DNA of 64,000 bases from Synechococcales cyanobacterium VAR_4_metabat_354 (GTDB taxonomy: Bacteria; Cyanobacteriota; Cyanobacteriia; Cyanobacteriales; Chamaesiphonaceae), in contig JANOQI010000035.1 of assembly GCA_031414775.1 (NCBI GenBank), positions 1 through 64,000 of the forward strand, written 5' to 3'. The notes under the pieces are model-generated. The model was not told the origin of the DNA and searched no databases. It saw only the letters and a program-made list of their open reading frames with translations. The position numbers and the translations under genes were made by a program. Position 1 is the stretch's first letter. Each line of letters begins with the position of its first letter. Of the stretch, positions 43,818 through 54,738 are shown piece after piece.

Positions 43818-44270
43818 ATGACTGAAGAATCGCGCAAATCTTTACCATTTGAGCCAGGTACTAATAAGCTTCGCACCCCTGTGGCTAAGCGCAAGCCGGT
43901 GATTATGAATAAGCCGGAGCGTGATTCTTCCGCGTTAGAAGCTAGCCGCATTCCTGATGTGGTGGGTAAAAGAATGATTTCTAGGTCGGTGGTACTTTCT
44001 GGTGCCCCCACGGTGTTGGGGATGTTGGTATTCATTGGCAGCTATTTTGCGATCAAGTACGGGATCAAACTGCCAAATGTATTAGTTTTGTTCGCCAGCA
44101 TGGGCTGTTTGGGTCTGGGAGTATTGGGTTTAAGCTACGGCATTTTGTCGGCTTCGTGGGAAGAAGATCAAGATGGTACTTGGCTGGGTCTAGAGGAATT
44201 TAAACTGAATTTTGGCCGGATGAGGGCGGGTTATAAAAAATCTAATGAACTACGGAAAGATTTGCCGTAA
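43818..44270 (+). CDS. pam68: PAM68 family PSII assembly protein
   Basis: LPFEP, IPDVVGKRM, LSYGILSASW, LGLEEFKLN; follows rpsO as in other cyanobacteria. Confidence 0.88.
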   Translation: MTEESRKSLPFEPGTNKLRTPVAKRKPVIMNKPERDSSALEASRIPDVVGKRMISRSVVLSGAPTVLGMLVFIGSYFAIKYGIKLPNVLVLFASMGCLGLGVLGLSYGILSASWEEDQDGTWLGLEEFKLNFGRMRAGYKKSNELRKDLP

Positions 44271-44343
44271 TAACCTCACTCACCACCAGTGACGGGATGA
44301 GGGTTAAGATGTAGGGTAGATTTAGACCTGAAGAAATAGCCTT

Positions 44344-44985
44344 ATGGTACAAGCTCCTTACTACGGTGATAGCGCTTATCGCACCCCACCTCCAGACTTA
44401 GCTTCTCTGATTTTGAAGGAGCGCATTATTTATCTCGGTATGCCCTTGTACTCGGATGTTACTAGCCTCATCATGGCTCAGTTGCTTTATCTACAGTTTG
44501 ATAACCCCGAAAAACCAATATTTTTCTATATCAACTCGACGGGGACTTCTGGGTATGGTGGCGAGGCGCTAGCTTATGAAACTGAAGCCTTTGCAATCTG
44601 TGACACTATGGCTTATGTCAAACCCCCCATCCATACGATTTGTATTGGTCAGGCGATGGGTACTGCGGCCATGATTCTCTCTTGTGGCAGTAAGGGCTGC
44701 CGAGCTAGTCTGCCCCATGGCACGATTATCTTAAATCAGTCTCGGACTGGTACTGGGCGAGGACAGGCTACTGATATTCAGATTCGGGCTAAGGAAGTTT
44801 TAGACAACAAAGCTACGATGCTGGATATTTTGGCTAAAAATACCGGCCAAACCTCTGAAAAAATTTCTAAAGATATTGAGCGAACTTTTTATCTCACTCC
44901 CGAACAGGCCAAGGAATATGGTCTGATCGATCGAGTTTTAGAAAGCGCTAAAGATCTGCCCACCGCCCTGCCTATTGCTGTCTAA
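44344..44985 (+). CDS. clpR: ClpR, non-proteolytic Clp core subunit
   Basis: YRTPPPDLASL, YINSTGTS, YETEAFAICDT, GQAMGTAA (no catalytic Ser). Confidence 0.9.
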   Translation: MVQAPYYGDSAYRTPPPDLASLILKERIIYLGMPLYSDVTSLIMAQLLYLQFDNPEKPIFFYINSTGTSGYGGEALAYETEAFAICDTMAYVKPPIHTICIGQAMGTAAMILSCGSKGCRASLPHGTIILNQSRTGTGRGQATDIQIRAKEVLDNKATMLDILAKNTGQTSEKISKDIERTFYLTPEQAKEYGLIDRVLESAKDLPTALPIAV

Positions 44986-44999
44986 ATTCTGGAGAACTT

Positions 45000-45629
45000 A
45001 TGGCGTTGCGCGTTCCCTACAATATCCCTGGCAGCCAACAGTGGCAGTGGATGGAAATCTTCGATCGACTAGGGCAAGAGCGGATTATCTTTCTTAATCA
45101 GACTCTGACTACTAGCTTGGCGAATTCCTTGATCGCTTCCATGTTGTACCTGGAGTCTGATGACAACAACAAGCCGATTTGTTTGTACATCAATTCCTAT
45201 GGTGATCCGGTGGCCACTGGTGAAGCGGACGAGTCGGCGGGCTTTATGTCGGTGATTGCGGCTCTGTCGATTTATGACACTATGCAGCATCTCAAATCCG
45301 AGATTATCACGATTTGTTTAGGGCAATCGATCGGCCTATCGAATGTGATTCTTTCCTCTGGCTCCAAGGGTAAGAGAGCGAGTTTACCTAACTCGATGCT
45401 GGCTTTGAGTCAGCCTTACAGTGGGATGAGTGGTCAGGCTACCGATATTCAGGTGAATGCTGCCGAAACGGTAGCTAAGCGGGAATTAATCGCGGAGATT
45501 TTGGCGCGGAATACTGGTAAGTCGGTAACGCAGATTAATCGAGATATGCAGCGGATGTTTTATATGTCGCCAGCTGAAGCTCAAGAATATGGACTGATCG
45601 ATCGGGTGCTAAATAGCTCGAAGCCTTAG
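45000..45629 (+). CDS. Additional ClpP-like subunit lacking the catalytic triad
   Basis: ClpP fold (ERIIFL, LYINS, YDTMQH, GQATDI, EYGLID) but GQSIGLS, LALSQP, MQRMFY at Ser/His/Asp positions. Confidence 0.85.
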   Translation: MALRVPYNIPGSQQWQWMEIFDRLGQERIIFLNQTLTTSLANSLIASMLYLESDDNNKPICLYINSYGDPVATGEADESAGFMSVIAALSIYDTMQHLKSEIITICLGQSIGLSNVILSSGSKGKRASLPNSMLALSQPYSGMSGQATDIQVNAAETVAKRELIAEILARNTGKSVTQINRDMQRMFYMSPAEAQEYGLIDRVLNSSKP

Positions 45630-45657
45630 TTGTAATTATTAATTTGGAGATTTTGTT

Positions 45658-46278
45658 ATGCCAATTGGTATTCCTAGCGTTCCTTATAAGCTGCCTGGTA
45701 GCACTTATGAGCAGTGGATTGGCATTTATGATCGTCTGTTCCGAGAACGGATCATCTTTTTGACGCAAGAAGTAGATGATAAGATGGCCAACTCAATTGT
45801 GGCTTACCTTTTGTATTTAGATTCAGAAGATAGCTCGAAGCCGATCTATCTCTATATCAATTCGCCTGGTGGCTCTGTTACAGCTGGTATGGCCATCTAT
45901 GACACCATGCAGCACATTAAATCTGAAGTGGTAACCATTTGTGTTGGTTTAGCTGCTTCGATGGGTTCTTTTTTGCTGATGGCTGGTACTAAGAACAGAC
46001 GATTGTCTCTGCCTCATTCTCGCATTATGATTCACCAGCCTTCTGGTGGTGCACGTGGTCAGGCCACTGATATCGAAATTGAAGCGCGAGAAATTGTGCG
46101 GCTACGTGCTCAGCTCAATGGTGAGTATGCTAAGAAAACCGGTCAACCATTGGAGAGAATTGAGCGGGATATGGATCGGGACTTTTTTATGTCTCCCCAT
46201 GAAGCAAAGGAATATGGGCTGATCGATCAAGTAATTGAAACCCGGCTGTCACCGACTGAGATTCAAGCTAAATACTAG
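45658..46278 (+). CDS. clpP: ATP-dependent Clp protease proteolytic subunit (ClpP3-type)
   Basis: [11 protein letters not shown]-terminus; intact AASMG, IMIHQP, DRDFF triad. Confidence 0.95.
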   Translation: MPIGIPSVPYKLPGSTYEQWIGIYDRLFRERIIFLTQEVDDKMANSIVAYLLYLDSEDSSKPIYLYINSPGGSVTAGMAIYDTMQHIKSEVVTICVGLAASMGSFLLMAGTKNRRLSLPHSRIMIHQPSGGARGQATDIEIEAREIVRLRAQLNGEYAKKTGQPLERIERDMDRDFFMSPHEAKEYGLIDQVIETRLSPTEIQAKY

Positions 46279-46295
46279 AGCCTTCAGACACTTTT

Positions 46296-46325
46296 TAAAA
46301 ATCCTCCACTACTGGGGGATTTTTA
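46296..46325 (+). terminator. Intrinsic terminator after clp cluster
   Basis: TAAAAATCCTCCA-CTAC-TGGGGGATTTTTA hairpin with T-tract. Confidence 0.75.
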
Positions 46326-46420
46326 ATGGATGATTCTTGTGCTTGTTCCTAGATCTTGCTGTTCTAGTTCTTGGTATAGTCTATCTAACGCTAACCGAAC
46401 GACTGAGCTTTATCTAGACT

Positions 46421-47269
46421 ATGTTTCATCATATTCCCGTCCTCGCTAATGAAATTATCACGGGGCTACAAGTCATTCCGGGCGGTTGTTATTTAGATGC
46501 GACTACTGGCGGCGGCGGCCATAGTGAATTAATTTTGCAAGCAGCTAGTGATGTGCAGTTAGTGGCAATCGATCGAGATCAGCAAGCTTTAACCGCTGCC
46601 CAAGCACGATTGGAACCTTATGGCCAGCAGGTTACTTTTTGGCAGGGCAATTATGCCGACTACCAGCCCGATCAACCTTTCGATGGCATTATTGCTGATT
46701 TAGGAGTCAGCTCCGTGCATTTAGATGTCGCTGAACGGGGCTTTAGCTTTCGCAACGAAGCACCCTTAGACATGCGTATGGATTGCCGCCAAGATCTCAC
46801 TGCGGCCGACATTGTGAACCAGTGGGACGAGAAGGAGTTGGCCGATATCTTCTACAAGTACGGTGAAGAACGTTTATCAAGACAAATTGCCCGCCGGATT
46901 GTCGAGCAACGACCTTTTTACACCACCACGGCTTTAGCCGAAACTATCAGTTACGCGGTACCCAAATCTTATCGCTATGGCCGAATTCATCCTGCAACTC
47001 GATCGTTCCAAGCTCTGCGCATTGCGGTGAATGAGGAATTAAGTTCCCTAGAAAAGTTTTTAGCAGTGACACCAAACTGGTTGAAAACTGGTGGCCATAT
47101 AGGTATCATCAGCTTTCATAGCCTAGAAGATCGAATGATTAAACACACTTGGCGTGAGGATGATGCGCTAAAAGTATTAACCAAAAAACCGATTATTGCG
47201 CAAGATATCGAAACCGCTGAAAATCCGCGTGCTCGTTCGGCCAAGCTCCGTTGGGTCGAAAAGATATAA
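46421..47269 (+). CDS. rsmH: 16S rRNA m4C1402 methyltransferase
   Basis: [66 protein letters not shown]. Confidence 0.97.
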   Translation: MFHHIPVLANEIITGLQVIPGGCYLDATTGGGGHSELILQAASDVQLVAIDRDQQALTAAQARLEPYGQQVTFWQGNYADYQPDQPFDGIIADLGVSSVHLDVAERGFSFRNEAPLDMRMDCRQDLTAADIVNQWDEKELADIFYKYGEERLSRQIARRIVEQRPFYTTTALAETISYAVPKSYRYGRIHPATRSFQALRIAVNEELSSLEKFLAVTPNWLKTGGHIGIISFHSLEDRMIKHTWREDDALKVLTKKPIIAQDIETAENPRARSAKLRWVEKI

Positions 47270-47322
47270 CTTGGTGCGGTGAGTTTTTGTCTAGGCTGGA
47301 GAAAATTACATCCCCGCAACGG

Positions 47323-50300
47323 TTAAGGCTGGAGTGGCTCAGTGACTGGACGGACGATCGGCGGGGGGACAGATGTTGGGGAAGATTTAAAAATGGCTGT
47401 TAATGCCTGTGCGAGTGTTTTCGCCATCACAATCCGGTTTTCATAAGCCACAATTACCCGAATCAGAGTTGGTAGTTTGTTCTGAGTTGCTTCCAGATAG
47501 AGGGGTTCAACGTATAGCAAGGATTGATCGTTAGTGGAGCCTTTGGCCACAGAAATCGGCACGATTAAGAGGTTGCCCTGAATTACCCTCGAACCTTGAC
47601 GATTCCACAGGGAAATCTGCTGGGAAATCACTGGATCTTGATTAATCCGCGCTTCGATTTGTTCGGGACCATAGACCAGTCGTTGCTTGGGAAAGGTGTA
47701 GAGCAGTAGCTTGCCGTAGTTTTCACCATCGGAGCGAGCTGCTAACCAAGCGACCAAATTGGTGCGCTGTTGGGGCGTATAAGGCAGCAGTAGAATGAAT
47801 TCTTCAAAGGGGACAGTTGGTAAACTGGTAATTAGATAGTAAGGCTCTACCAAGCGGGGTTGGTCACCGTAGACTTCGGTGGGAATTTGCCACTGATCTT
47901 CCCGATTGTAAAATACCTGGGGGTCGGTCATGTGGTAGGTCATCAAGCGTTCTGATTGAATCTTGAAGAAGTCTGCGGGGTACCGGAGGTGAGACCTTAG
48001 GCTCACGGGCATTGCACTTAATGGCTTGAATAAATCGGGAAAAATCTTCGACCAAGTGGTGACGATCGGATCGCTAGGATCGGTGATGTAGAAATTGACC
48101 GAGCCATGATAGGCATCGATGACCACTTTAACTGAGTTGCGAATATAGTTGATTCCTTCTTTGCCCACATCGGAATAAGGATAACGATCGCTTGTGGTGT
48201 AAGCATCGACAATCCAGTATAGATAGCTGGGATCTTGGGCATCTTTGGGGTTAGATCTGGCATCCGCTGCCACTAGGTAGGGGTCTCGATCGAATCTCAA
48301 GAAGGGGGCGATCGATCGAATCCGCCGATTCAAGTTCCGTCGGAATAGCAGCTTGGTTTCTGGCAAAAACTCCGGTGTTAACACCATGCGCCAGTCATTC
48401 AAATATTTCGCAAACAGCAATCGCCGCCCAGGCGAACTAATATTAATGCCACCGCGACCATCGTAGACATTATAAACATTGTCATTGCCGCTGGGATAGT
48501 CTAACTCCTTGACTTTGGTGCCAGTCATGATGTAGGTATTGGTATTTTCCCCGTAATAAATGCGGGGTTGACCGATCGGAATACTCTGGCGCACTGCGGC
48601 GCTAGCCGTGGTGAGGGGACTTCCGGCGGTAATGCCAATATCTTTAACCAAGTATTCCGGTAATCCATCTGGAGCCACCCGATTTACCGGACTAACAGTA
48701 AAGCCATACCCGTGGGTGTAGATCAGATGTTGGTTGACCCAAGTTTGGGCTTGCTTGGGTACGGCAGTATATTCTAATTCTCGTGCCGAAATCAGGACTT
48801 GTTGGGGTTCTAAAGCAATTTTGGGTGGCGGATTCGGTGGAATTTGATTCTCAATTTGGGGGGCTGTTGATGAGCTAATTTTAGGTGCAGTGGGCGGTTC
48901 GCTAGCTAAGAGATATCGATCGATATCAGCATCAGGAAACCGGTAGTACAGGCGAATTTGTTGCAGTTCGCGATTGGTAGCGAGTAAAGGTTCCTGATCC
49001 CAAAGGCGTATATTTCGCATCGTTCGATCGTTTGCCTGAATCGTTTGCTCGGTTAGATTGTCTTGGGGATTAAAAGTTTGAGCATCAATTTTATCTAACC
49101 CGAAAGCCTGGCGGGTCATCTTGATCGTACGTTGAATATAGGGTGTTTCTCGGGCTAATTCGTTAGGCTGCACCACCAGCGACTGAACTGCCATCGGTAT
49201 AACAGTGCTGGTGACGAGCGCTAGTCCTAAATCCAGTCCGATCGCGAGTAGCATCAATTTCCACCTGAGTAGATGACGAGTAGCAGAAATCGTCCCCCAG
49301 AAGCAGTAGCCCGCGATCGCCAAGGCTAAAATGCCCAACCCACCGTAGGCTGGCAATTGCACCACAATATCGGTATAGCTAGCCCCATAGGATACGCCAC
49401 GAGGTGAATACAACAACTCATAGCAGCTCATCCCATAGCTGAAACCCACAACCAGCATCAAGCTACCGCCCACCCCATAGAGATGGCGTTGCTGCTGGCG
49501 AGAAAATCCTCCAAATCGCCCCTGGCTCAAACTATCGCCAGCGAGTAAATAGGTCAGGAGGACAGCAATAAACCCATATAAACAACCACCGATTAGCCAG
49601 AATTCCAGCAGCTCGCCCACTGGGAGGCTAAATACATATAAGCTAATATCCTGACCAAAAACGGGGTCATGGCGGTTAAAAGCAGTGGCTTGAAAGTAGG
49701 GGAGTATTCTCATCCACTGACGAGATAGCACCGTAGCCATGAGGATACTCAAGATCGGCGCAATCGCCCGTAGCAGCAAGCGTGGGTAAACGAGAATCGC
49801 GATCGCCAGAACCACTACTCCAAAGGTTATCCAGCCATGGACGAGCAGCTGCTTGGCCAATTGCCAAATTAGTTCGGGGCGAAATAGAACTGGCGCTGGG
49901 GGGATAACACTGGGCAGATTAGGATCAATCTGCCATTGATCGATCGCCATCTGGCCATAATGAACCAAAATCAACCCGATCAGCAGGCTCAAACCCAGCG
50001 TTAAGGGCAGCAGCCAGCGGAGGGCAAAAGGACGGGTGTGAGACGAAATTTGCTGGCGATCTAGTGCTAGTTCGGGAGATTTCAACCGTTGTGCTAGTGC
50101 TAAATTACCTAGCAAATAGATGGCAGTGAGCGTAAATACAACTACTCCCAATAGCCCTTGCGTGCCCAGCCGCCGTAAATACATCGGCAGGTAGCCTAGT
50201 TCTTGAAACCATAATATCTCTGCGCTCAGACGCGCCCCGATGTCTACAACTAGCCCTAGCACCAGGATTATAACTATCGATCGCCAGTAGCGTTGGAGAG

Positions 50301-50331
50301 GGTTAGCTGGCGGCGGGGTTGATAATACCAT
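47323..50331 (-). CDS. UPF0182 family membrane protein
   Basis: [68 protein letters not shown]. Confidence 0.92.
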   Translation of the reverse strand: MVLSTPPPANPLQRYWRSIVIILVLGLVVDIGARLSAEILWFQELGYLPMYLRRLGTQGLLGVVVFTLTAIYLLGNLALAQRLKSPELALDRQQISSHTRPFALRWLLPLTLGLSLLIGLILVHYGQMAIDQWQIDPNLPSVIPPAPVLFRPELIWQLAKQLLVHGWITFGVVVLAIAILVYPRLLLRAIAPILSILMATVLSRQWMRILPYFQATAFNRHDPVFGQDISLYVFSLPVGELLEFWLIGGCLYGFIAVLLTYLLAGDSLSQGRFGGFSRQQQRHLYGVGGSLMLVVGFSYGMSCYELLYSPRGVSYGASYTDIVVQLPAYGGLGILALAIAGYCFWGTISATRHLLRWKLMLLAIGLDLGLALVTSTVIPMAVQSLVVQPNELARETPYIQRTIKMTRQAFGLDKIDAQTFNPQDNLTEQTIQANDRTMRNIRLWDQEPLLATNRELQQIRLYYRFPDADIDRYLLASEPPTAPKISSSTAPQIENQIPPNPPPKIALEPQQVLISARELEYTAVPKQAQTWVNQHLIYTHGYGFTVSPVNRVAPDGLPEYLVKDIGITAGSPLTTASAAVRQSIPIGQPRIYYGENTNTYIMTGTKVKELDYPSGNDNVYNVYDGRGGINISSPGRRLLFAKYLNDWRMVLTPEFLPETKLLFRRNLNRRIRSIAPFLRFDRDPYLVAADARSNPKDAQDPSYLYWIVDAYTTSDRYPYSDVGKEGINYIRNSVKVVIDAYHGSVNFYITDPSDPIVTTWSKIFPDLFKPLSAMPVSLRSHLRYPADFFKIQSERLMTYHMTDPQVFYNREDQWQIPTEVYGDQPRLVEPYYLITSLPTVPFEEFILLLPYTPQQRTNLVAWLAARSDGENYGKLLLYTFPKQRLVYGPEQIEARINQDPVISQQISLWNRQGSRVIQGNLLIVPISVAKGSTNDQSLLYVEPLYLEATQNKLPTLIRVIVAYENRIVMAKTLAQALTAIFKSSPTSVPPPIVRPVTEPLQP

Positions 50332-50460
50332 TTTTGGAGATTGTTGATATACCTGATAGTAAACTATCGATCGCAGTTGCCAACAATCCAGGAATTCTAG
50401 AAATCTGCCCAGATAAAGGGGGTGAAAAATTTATTCACCACTATACCTTTAACACTTAAA

Positions 50461-52302
50461 TTAATCGGTAGGTGGATTGATCGGAGGGGCAGAATTGTTA
50501 GAAACCCCTCCCCGTAAAGCTACCGCTCCTAGCATTCCAGTGGCCATGAGCATGGCCAACAATCCTACCCATACTTGGGATTTACTCTTGGTCGGTTGAG
50601 CCGTAACTGTATGGGGGCTAGGCAACATCAAGGTGTCCACTGGTGCTAGATCGATCGATTGGCCAGGATGATCTAGTCCGGTTAATTGCCCCGCTTCGCG
50701 CGGTTGCTGTACTCGACAATGCAGTAGCGCCACCGTGACATTGTCATGACCATTGAGATTATTCGCAGTGTTGATCAAACGATGGCTAGCAGCAATCAAA
50801 TCAATCTTACCTTCGAGAATCGGCAAGATATCGTTCTGCCAAAACTGCTCAACGCGATTGTTGTCACTCAATCCGTCTGAACACAGCAGAAAAATACATT
50901 CTTCATCAATAATTAAACGCTGTACGGCTGGGTACAGGTGAGTTGAAGAATTCATGCCCAAGGCTTGAAAAAGAGACCCCGCAGAAGGAATGGTTAGCGC
51001 CTCCCGATAAAGACTGTAGCCCAGTCGCACTTCACGAGTCGCTAAATCATCATCTAAAGTAATTTGCTGACAAGCACTGCGGGTAATGCGATAGATACGA
51101 CTATCCCCAATATTAGCAATATAAACTTCATGGCCATGAATTAAGGTCATGGCCATCGTAGTACCCATCCGCTGGCGTTCTTGGCGACTTTCGCTGTCGT
51201 TGCGCAGACTAATTAGGTCATTAGCCACACAGATCGAAGTAGAAATTTGGCTAGCGATCGACTCCGGATTACGGTTCTCTGGCTTGTCCAAAACGTTTTC
51301 TAGTCGGTTACGGATAGTTTCGATCGCCAGGCCAGAAGCAATTTCACCCCCCTGATGTCCACCAACACCATCACATACTAGGACTAGACTCAGGTCATAA
51401 CCTGTTTTGTGCACTGGTGCGTCACCACTGGGAGGATAGCAAGAATCTTCATTTTGATGACGCTTTGGTCCAGTATGGCTCAAAGTCAAATATTCACATT
51501 CTAAAAACTGGCGTTGGCCATTGATCGCTAAGGCATGATCCAAAAATGCGATCAATTCCTCCGGCTCCTTGATCTCGCCTTCGATTAAGCCCTGGCAGAT
51601 TTTTTCAACAGCTGGTGCCGCTCCTAATCGAGTGTTTTTCAGCCATTTTTGCCACATGCGACCTAAATCAGCAAATGTAGGAGCGTTAGTATTACCCGAA
51701 AACTCTAAAATCTTGATAATGCCTTGATCAACTCGTAGTAAATGAGCATTGAGTAGAGTACCAGCTACGCCCTCTTCCATTAGTGGTGTCCAAAGACGGG
51801 CAATTTGCCAGAGCCAGTTTAACTGACGCATCGAACCAGCTGTCTTCCAAGCCGATTCGATATCTGGCATCAATTGACCAGAGAGATTCCTGGTTAAGTT
51901 ACTACTATAAATGGGAGGATTTTCTAATAGCCAAATCGGATTGCTCCGCCGACCCGTCCGGAACCCGGCCATTGAGCCATAAATTTGGGGAATATGCAGT
52001 TTATAAGGCAGCAAACGCAAATATTTAGCAATTTCATTTGTTACTTTTTCACTAATTTCCAACTTCATCGCTGGCTTAGTGTCTAGAATAGTTTTTTTAT
52101 TAACTAGTAAGTAGCGACTGTTCAAAACTTGCCCAACTGGAAAATTATTTATTTCTTCACCTATTGCCCATAGGTAAACCTTCGGAATAGGAAAACGGCA
52201 ATGAGCACAAAAACTCTGGCTCAATTGGTTAGGAGCATGACATTCGGGATTAGGGCAGATAATTGTTGCCGCCATAGTTTTCACAGGAGGTTGTTTCTCC
52301 AT
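50461..52302 (-). CDS. PP2C-family Ser/Thr phosphatase with N-terminal double Zn ribbon and kinase-like remnant, C-terminal TM
   Basis: CPNPEC..FCAHC; RHQNED, VCDGVGGHQGG, MGTT, NIGDSR, LCSDGL, GHDNVT. Confidence 0.9.
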   Translation of the reverse strand: MEKQPPVKTMAATIICPNPECHAPNQLSQSFCAHCRFPIPKVYLWAIGEEINNFPVGQVLNSRYLLVNKKTILDTKPAMKLEISEKVTNEIAKYLRLLPYKLHIPQIYGSMAGFRTGRRSNPIWLLENPPIYSSNLTRNLSGQLMPDIESAWKTAGSMRQLNWLWQIARLWTPLMEEGVAGTLLNAHLLRVDQGIIKILEFSGNTNAPTFADLGRMWQKWLKNTRLGAAPAVEKICQGLIEGEIKEPEELIAFLDHALAINGQRQFLECEYLTLSHTGPKRHQNEDSCYPPSGDAPVHKTGYDLSLVLVCDGVGGHQGGEIASGLAIETIRNRLENVLDKPENRNPESIASQISTSICVANDLISLRNDSESRQERQRMGTTMAMTLIHGHEVYIANIGDSRIYRITRSACQQITLDDDLATREVRLGYSLYREALTIPSAGSLFQALGMNSSTHLYPAVQRLIIDEECIFLLCSDGLSDNNRVEQFWQNDILPILEGKIDLIAASHRLINTANNLNGHDNVTVALLHCRVQQPREAGQLTGLDHPGQSIDLAPVDTLMLPSPHTVTAQPTKSKSQVWVGLLAMLMATGMLGAVALRGGVSNNSAPPINPPTD

Positions 52303-52446
52303 TCGGCTTAGGTGAAGTTAGATATCTTGATTTGGGCTGGTGATAAGCAGTAAAGAAAGTTTTACAATCGATACTTAGCGCTGGGGGTTACCGACTACTT
52401 CAGTCAGTTTAACTTTAAAATTCTCCTTACATATATATTTATTCCC

Positions 52447-53340
52447 ATGATTTACCCTTGTGCACCACCTCCCCCTTTGCAAATGGGAGATTTACTACGG
52501 GTAGTCGCGCCCAGTGGTCGTTTGCGCGAAACTACTTTGTTAGCGGCTGGGGTGGAATTATGGCAGGAGCAAGGATATCAGGTTCAGATTGACCATGATG
52601 GCAGTGATGGCTGGGGATATTTAGCCCAAAGCGATCAGCAGCGGCGGCAATATCTGGCCGATGCTTGGGCAGATTCCCAATGCAAAGGTATTTTGTGTGT
52701 ACGGGGTGGTTATGGCGGGGCGCGGTTGCTGGAAGATTGGCAGTGGCCAACAACAACACCCAAATGGCTGATTGGTTTTTCCGATATTACCAGTCTGCTG
52801 TGGAGCTTAGCTCAACAGGGTGTATCTGGTTTGCATGGCCCGGTACTGACGACCCTCGCCACGGAACCAAAGTGGTCGCGACAACGCTTGTTTGATTGGG
52901 TCGCGGGGCGGGGGGTTGCCCCTCTAACTGGCCAAAGTTGGCAGGAGGGGAAAGTACAAGGTGTTTTACTGCCAGCTAATTTAACGGTGGCGACTCACTT
53001 ATTGCATACGCCGATCCAGCCGCCGCTAGCCGGGGTGATTTTAGCGATCGAAGATGTCACCGAGGCACCCTATCGGATCGATCGAATGTTGACTCAATGG
53101 CGACTGAGTGGTTTACTGCAACAGGTGAGTGGGATTGCGGTGGGTCGGTTTAGTCAGTGCGAGGCCGCACCTGGCTCGCCTAGTTTGACTGTGGAGGAGG
53201 TGCTGCGCGATCGGCTGGGGGATTTAGGGATTCCGATTGTGGCCGATTTGCCCTTTGGTCATGATGGCTGTAATGCCAGTCTGCCGGTAGGAGTGATGGC
53301 TACTTTGGATGGAGACCTGGGAGAACTATCGATTGGCTAA
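52447..53340 (+). CDS. ldcA: LD-carboxypeptidase (peptidase S66)
   Basis: [38 protein letters not shown]. Confidence 0.9.
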   Translation: MIYPCAPPPPLQMGDLLRVVAPSGRLRETTLLAAGVELWQEQGYQVQIDHDGSDGWGYLAQSDQQRRQYLADAWADSQCKGILCVRGGYGGARLLEDWQWPTTTPKWLIGFSDITSLLWSLAQQGVSGLHGPVLTTLATEPKWSRQRLFDWVAGRGVAPLTGQSWQEGKVQGVLLPANLTVATHLLHTPIQPPLAGVILAIEDVTEAPYRIDRMLTQWRLSGLLQQVSGIAVGRFSQCEAAPGSPSLTVEEVLRDRLGDLGIPIVADLPFGHDGCNASLPVGVMATLDGDLGELSIG

Positions 53341-54686
53341 GAGTTGCTTTGAGATAGACAGAGCTGACGGAAATCGTCGCCGCGTTCTTCAAAACTGCGG
53401 TATTGATCAAAGCTGGCGCAGGCCGGTGATAGCAACACTACTTTTGCTTGATACTTAGTGGCCAATGCTGTTGATCGAGGCACTGCTCTGGCCATCGTTT
53501 CCACAATTTCATATTGATCGAACCCCACGGCCTGCAACCGCTGGGCAAACTGGGGAGCGGCATTCCCAATTAACAACACCGCTGCTGCTTTCTTTTGAAT
53601 ATTAGCCAACCAACTAGTATCATCACCTTCTTTGGGATCACCACCCGCAATCAAAATCGCCGGGGTATCCACCGCCATCAGCCCCACATCCGCTGCGTCG
53701 TAGTTGGTAGCTTTACTGTCATTGATATAGTCCACGCCCTGCCAGGTGCAGATATATTCCAAGCGGTGTGCCACCCCAGCAAAACTACTGACAGCTTGCT
53801 GGATCGCCGCTTTGTCAATACCGGCTAGATGCGCTGCCGCCACCGCCATTAATAGATTCTGGCGATTATGGCTACCGGGCATCTTTAGATCAGCGATCGA
53901 CAGAATTTGTTCGCCTTGGCATACTACCCAACCATCAGCAATATAAGTACCTTGAGCCTTATCGCCCAGCACTTGCTCATAGCCATTGATACTTGTCCAA
54001 AATGCCCGAGGCCAGTCAGCGGCATGAGCAGCCAGAAAAGGATCATCACCATTCAAGATCTGAAATTCGGAATTATTCAGCAGCTTCGACTTAATTTGGT
54101 AATAATTTTCGACGGTGGTGTGACGCGCTAAATGGTCGGGGGTGAGAGTGGTGAAAATCCCTATCTTGGGAGCCAGCGTGTTGGAAGATTCGATCTGGTA
54201 GCTGCTCAGTTCGGCAATCACCCAGTCGGGATTTTTGTCTAATAATGCTAATTCACAGGCGGCATAGCCAATGTTGCCACAGGCCAGGGTATTGAACTGT
54301 GCGGCTTGAAAAATAGCGGCTACTAGTGCTGTGGTGGTAGTTTTACCATTGGTGCCGGTAATTCCTAGCCAGGGCTGCGATTGCAGTGATCGCCAGGCTA
54401 ATTCTACTTCTCCAATCGTTTCAATACCCAAGGCGCGGGCTTGTACCAAGGCGGGTACATCCCAAGGCACCCCCGGACTGACCACAATTAAGTCCAGCTC
54501 AGGATTAGGCGAAAAACCATCTCCCAGCTTGACAATGATGCCTGGATCAGTGACTTGCTGAGCCTGCGTTACTAAGATCTCGTTCTGACCTCGATCGCTC
54601 AATGTGACAGCATAACCCTGTTGGCGTAGTAATTTAGCAGCGGCAATCCCCGAGCGACCCAGACCAATAACAGTAGATGTAGGCAT
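53337..54686 (-). CDS. murD: UDP-N-acetylmuramoyl-L-alanine--D-glutamate ligase
   Basis: [46 protein letters not shown]. Confidence 0.97.
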   Translation of the reverse strand: MPTSTVIGLGRSGIAAAKLLRQQGYAVTLSDRGQNEILVTQAQQVTDPGIIVKLGDGFSPNPELDLIVVSPGVPWDVPALVQARALGIETIGEVELAWRSLQSQPWLGITGTNGKTTTTALVAAIFQAAQFNTLACGNIGYAACELALLDKNPDWVIAELSSYQIESSNTLAPKIGIFTTLTPDHLARHTTVENYYQIKSKLLNNSEFQILNGDDPFLAAHAADWPRAFWTSINGYEQVLGDKAQGTYIADGWVVCQGEQILSIADLKMPGSHNRQNLLMAVAAAHLAGIDKAAIQQAVSSFAGVAHRLEYICTWQGVDYINDSKATNYDAADVGLMAVDTPAILIAGGDPKEGDDTSWLANIQKKAAAVLLIGNAAPQFAQRLQAVGFDQYEIVETMARAVPRSTALATKYQAKVVLLSPACASFDQYRSFEERGDDFRQLCLSQSNS

Positions 54687-54738
54687 AGTTTATGGTTAAT
54701 TCCAGTTAATTCCACCAAAGAGTGGTGAAACGACCAGC

